Source: Muribaculaceae bacterium (GTDB lineage Bacteria; Bacteroidota; Bacteroidia; Bacteroidales; Muribaculaceae). From it: 50,531 bases of DNA. Each line of letters starts with the position of its first letter. Within the stretch, counting starts at the first letter, position 1. Under the pieces are notes generated by a model. It was not told the DNA's origin. It saw only the letters and a program-made list of their open reading frames with translations, and ran no database searches. This document shows, one piece after another, positions 47,602-50,531 of this stretch. The position numbers and the translations under genes are program-made. The stretch is from NCBI GenBank assembly GCA_017937625.1, contig JAGBDG010000047.1, positions 1-50,531 of the forward strand, written 5' to 3'.

Positions 47602-47841
47602 TTATGCCTTGTCTTTGTCCTTGGGCTTTTCGTCCTTTTCGTCGTCCTCGATGGGCATCTCCATCTCTTTCTTGGCATCCTGCATGCCTTTGCGGAACGA
47701 GTGTACGCCCTTGCCGAGACCGCGCATAAGCTCGGGTATCTTCTTGCCGCCGAAGAGAAGAAGAATCGCAAGGAATATTATGATCCATTCCCATCCGCGC
47801 AGATTGCCTAAGAAAAGGGGAAGTATGATTGCGTTTATCAT
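47602..47841 (-). CDS. tatA: Twin-arginine translocase TatA/E subunit
   Basis: EWIII....LLLFGGKKIPELMRGLGKGVHSFRKG and a charged tail. Confidence 0.95.
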   Translation of the reverse strand: MINAIILPLFLGNLRGWEWIIIFLAILLLFGGKKIPELMRGLGKGVHSFRKGMQDAKKEMEMPIEDDEKDEKPKDKDKA

Positions 47842-47945
47842 ATAAATAACGGTGCTTTTATGTTTGACATCGTAAAGTTACAAATTATTCGACAAAAATC
47901 CGTATCTTTGCACGTTTTTTAAAGCAATTTATAAACCGACCAGAT

Positions 47946-48824
47946 ATGAAAGCTTACGTTTTCCCCGGTCAGGGTTCACAGTTTGTCGGTATGGGCAAGG
48001 ACCTTTACGACAACAATGCCAAGGCTCACGAGCTTTTTGAGAAAGCCAACGAAATCCTCGGTTTCCGCATCACTGACCTTATGTTTGCCGGCACGGACGA
48101 AGACCTTCGTCAGACTGCCGTTACACAGCCCGCAGTTTTCCTCCATTCCGTACTCCTCGCCATCAGTCTCGGCGATGAATTCAAACCCGACATGGTTGCC
48201 GGTCACTCGCTCGGCGAGTTCTCGGCTCTCGTTGCCGCTGGAGCCCTCAGCTTCGAGGACGGTCTTCGTCTCGTCGCAGCCCGCGCGAACGCCATGCAGA
48301 AAGCCTGCGAAATCAAGGAGTCGACAATGGCTGCCGTCATCGCGCTTCCCGACGAGAAAGTCGAGGAGATATGCGCAGGTATCGACGGCGTGGTTGTCTG
48401 CGCCAACTACAACTGCCCCGGACAGATTGTCATCTCCGGTGAGGTAGAGGCTGTCGACAAGGCTTGCGAGCTTCTCAAGGCAGCAGGCGCCAAGCGCGCT
48501 CTCCGTCTTAAGGTAGGCGGCGCTTTCCACTCGCCCTGCATGGAACCCGCCCGCGCCGAGCTCGCCCGCGCTATCGAGGCTACCGACTTCCACACTCCCG
48601 TATGCCCCGTGTTCCAGAATGTCGACGCTCTTCCGCACACCGATCCTGCTGAAATCAAGGCAAACCTCGTCGCTCAGCTCACCGCTCCCGTGCGCTGGAC
48701 ACAGACAATCCGCAACATGATTGCCGACGGCGCCACAGAGTTCGTAGAGCTCGGTCCGGGCAAAGTTCTTCAGGGTCTTGTCGCAAAGATTGACCCGTCT
48801 GTAACTATATCGGGAATGAACTGA
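47946..48824 (+). CDS. fabD: Malonyl-CoA:ACP transacylase
   Basis: FPGQGSQFVGMG, TQPA, GHSLGEF, GAFHSP, VELGPG; promoter TATCTTTG at 47903-47910. Confidence 0.97.
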   Translation: MKAYVFPGQGSQFVGMGKDLYDNNAKAHELFEKANEILGFRITDLMFAGTDEDLRQTAVTQPAVFLHSVLLAISLGDEFKPDMVAGHSLGEFSALVAAGALSFEDGLRLVAARANAMQKACEIKESTMAAVIALPDEKVEEICAGIDGVVVCANYNCPGQIVISGEVEAVDKACELLKAAGAKRALRLKVGGAFHSPCMEPARAELARAIEATDFHTPVCPVFQNVDALPHTDPAEIKANLVAQLTAPVRWTQTIRNMIADGATEFVELGPGKVLQGLVAKIDPSVTISGMN

Positions 48825-48847
48825 TACTCCTTAGTCGTATAGTATTC

Positions 48848-48887
48848 CGGACCCGGAACGCCGCAAGGTGTCCCGGGTCCGTTTTTT
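48848..48887 (+). terminator. Terminator between convergent genes
   Basis: cggacccgg / ccgggtccg stem followed by T6. Confidence 0.85.
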
Positions 48888-48888
48888 C

Positions 48889-49542
48889 TCAGAACGTGTG
48901 GATGAATCCCACGCCTATGGTCAGAAGGTCGTGGAAGGGAATGCCTTTGTAGAGAATAGCCTGGCGGACATAGAGGTCGCAAATCGACACCTCGTAGTAG
49001 AAAGAAAACCGCTGTCCCCACACCCGCCGGCTTTGGGGGATGTTGTATGAGAAACGCTGTCCGATTCCTAAGAGAAAACGCAGACGCGTCGATATGCTGT
49101 AGTAACCCGACGGATAGCGGTCAGGCTGTCTGTTCCAGAAGTCCTCGTGAAGTATTGAGTTCACGCTCAGCGACACTGTGAGCGGACGGACCTCAAAGTT
49201 CGTTTTCGGGATATTCAGCCGCCACGGCATCCACAGTTCGCGTGCCGTCAGTGTCCAGTAGGCATGTCGGTTGTAGCGCTTCGGAATAAAGCCGAGGAGC
49301 AGATGTGTCTCAAGGCAGTGGTCGCGTGCATAGCTCCATCCGGGACCAGCCGATACCGTTCCCATACCGCCGGCATACTGCAGCAGAGCAATGTGCGGGA
49401 TGAGCTTGTTCCACCGCTCGACGCGGAGTGCCATACGGTGTTCGTATGCCGATACGCTTTCCTTCTCCTGAGCCGCTGCGTTCAGCGACACGCCGAGCAG
49501 CATGACGGCTATCAGTCTAAAATTCCACTTTCTCCATCTCAT
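48889..49542 (-). CDS. Hypothetical exported protein, probable small outer-membrane beta-barrel
   Basis: Signal peptide ...NAAAQ, QYAGGMG..S.G.GW.Y, amphipathic strands, terminal Phe; start at ATG 49542. Confidence 0.6.
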   Translation of the reverse strand: MRWRKWNFRLIAVMLLGVSLNAAAQEKESVSAYEHRMALRVERWNKLIPHIALLQYAGGMGTVSAGPGWSYARDHCLETHLLLGFIPKRYNRHAYWTLTARELWMPWRLNIPKTNFEVRPLTVSLSVNSILHEDFWNRQPDRYPSGYYSISTRLRFLLGIGQRFSYNIPQSRRVWGQRFSFYYEVSICDLYVRQAILYKGIPFHDLLTIGVGFIHTF

Positions 49543-50377
49543 AGCCGTCGGCGTCAACAGTGAAAATCATAAAGGTACGTTTGGCGATATTGTCGCCCTG
49601 GTAGAACATCAGTCCGCAGTCGTAGAGGTCCGAGGCAAGGAAGTGATGGTTGTGTCCGCAGAGGCAGAAAGCATGGGTGTAGGTGCAGCCTTCGCTATCA
49701 GCATTCATACCCGGGAAGCCGTGGAGGTAGTAGATGAACGGCGTCGCCACATTGTTGTTGAACTGCTCGTCGAACGGGCGGGAGTGCATCACTACTACCG
49801 TATGGCTGATGCTGTCGGGAAATTGCTCGTTGATTTCCGAAACGGCTGCGGCGTCCTCTACGATGAAATTGAGGTCGGGAACGGGTTCGGAATAGTCATA
49901 TTCGAGCGCTGTTGTGTTGAGGCACACGAAGTGTATGCCGGCGACGGTGAACGAATAGTTCTTCGCGCCGAAAATCCACTCGTAGTTGTCCTCGCCGTTG
50001 CCGAGGCAGTCGTGGTTGCCGATGACAGCGACGTAGGGCAGTCCGGACTTTTCCATGGCGTCGCGGCACCACATATATTCTTTCGGAAGTCCGAAATCTG
50101 TCAGGTCGCCTCCGTGGATGATGAAATCTACATCACCGCGCCGCCTGATGATGTCGATAGCTTGCTCGGTTTCCCGCGTTGCGTCGTGCGTGTCGGTGAT
50201 GAAGGCGAATCGGAGCGGCAGTGTCAGTCCGGCGCTTGTGAGCGCCTCGATGGAGACAGCGTTCGTGTTCCGTTTGCCCTTTATGCTCGCCGCGTATGGC
50301 GACGGCTCGAAATTGTCGCATCCCGACAGCGCAAAAGCTAACACCGCCAATAACGTCCATTTATAGAATCTGTGCAT
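49517..50377 (-). CDS. Calcineurin-like metallophosphoesterase lipoprotein (Icc/CpdA-like)
   Basis: Lipobox LSGC; DTH, GDLTD, GNHD, MH and GHNH metal-binding motifs. Confidence 0.9.
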   Translation of the reverse strand: MHRFYKWTLLAVLAFALSGCDNFEPSPYAASIKGKRNTNAVSIEALTSAGLTLPLRFAFITDTHDATRETEQAIDIIRRRGDVDFIIHGGDLTDFGLPKEYMWCRDAMEKSGLPYVAVIGNHDCLGNGEDNYEWIFGAKNYSFTVAGIHFVCLNTTALEYDYSEPVPDLNFIVEDAAAVSEINEQFPDSISHTVVVMHSRPFDEQFNNNVATPFIYYLHGFPGMNADSEGCTYTHAFCLCGHNHHFLASDLYDCGLMFYQGDNIAKRTFMIFTVDADGYEMEKVEF

Positions 50378-50394
50378 ATATGTATATCACGGTG

Positions 50395-50402
50395 CAAAGT
50401 TA
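50395..50402 (-). promoter_or_regulatory. -7 promoter element
   Basis: caaagtta (TAACTTTG on -) 18 nt upstream of ATG 50377. Confidence 0.55.
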
Positions 50403-50531
50403 CTACAAAAAAGTGAAATGCGGAAAGATATAGTGATAGAATTGAGTTACAAGGGTTTTGGTTGAAGTGGCGATAATCCGTGAAGCCATTACAATCCCTG
50501 CCGAAGCCAAATCCTGACGCCGCTACGTTAC

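Noticed and set aside
46789-47841. Tat system lacking tatB
   Set aside because: TatAC-only systems are normal in Bacteroidetes.

Overview
GC-rich Bacteroidales chromosomal segment. Muribaculaceae is likely, an inference from the TAnnTTTG promoters, the lack of Shine-Dalgarno motifs and the YYNLQGVRV..P..GLYI type-IX sorting tail. It holds two complete polysaccharide utilisation loci (PULs) on the minus strand: a beta-1,3-glucan PUL (SusR-like regulator, SusC, SusD, SGBP-B, GH16, GH3) and a beta-1,4-galactan PUL (HTCS, SusC, SusD, SusE-like SGBP, GH53, GH2). Housekeeping and other genes include dusB, a Wzx-like flippase, ppdK, uvrA, a lytic transglycosylase, a MINPP-type phytase, tatAC and fabD. 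The most unusual items are: (1) a secreted stand-alone TonB-receptor plug mini-protein between SusR and SusC; (2) a SusC promoter with two 10-bp direct repeats 67 bp apart and a perfect IHF consensus between them; (3) an AT-richer islet after ppdK with 9-bp tandem repeats, a four-helix-bundle (Avd/IVP-like) gene and a truncated Fic gene; (4) an aldo-keto reductase gene bracketed by a duplicated promoter; (5) a flippase that appears to start at a non-canonical ATC codon. I found no rRNA, tRNA, CRISPR array or transposase. All family assignments come from motif recognition by eye, not database searches.
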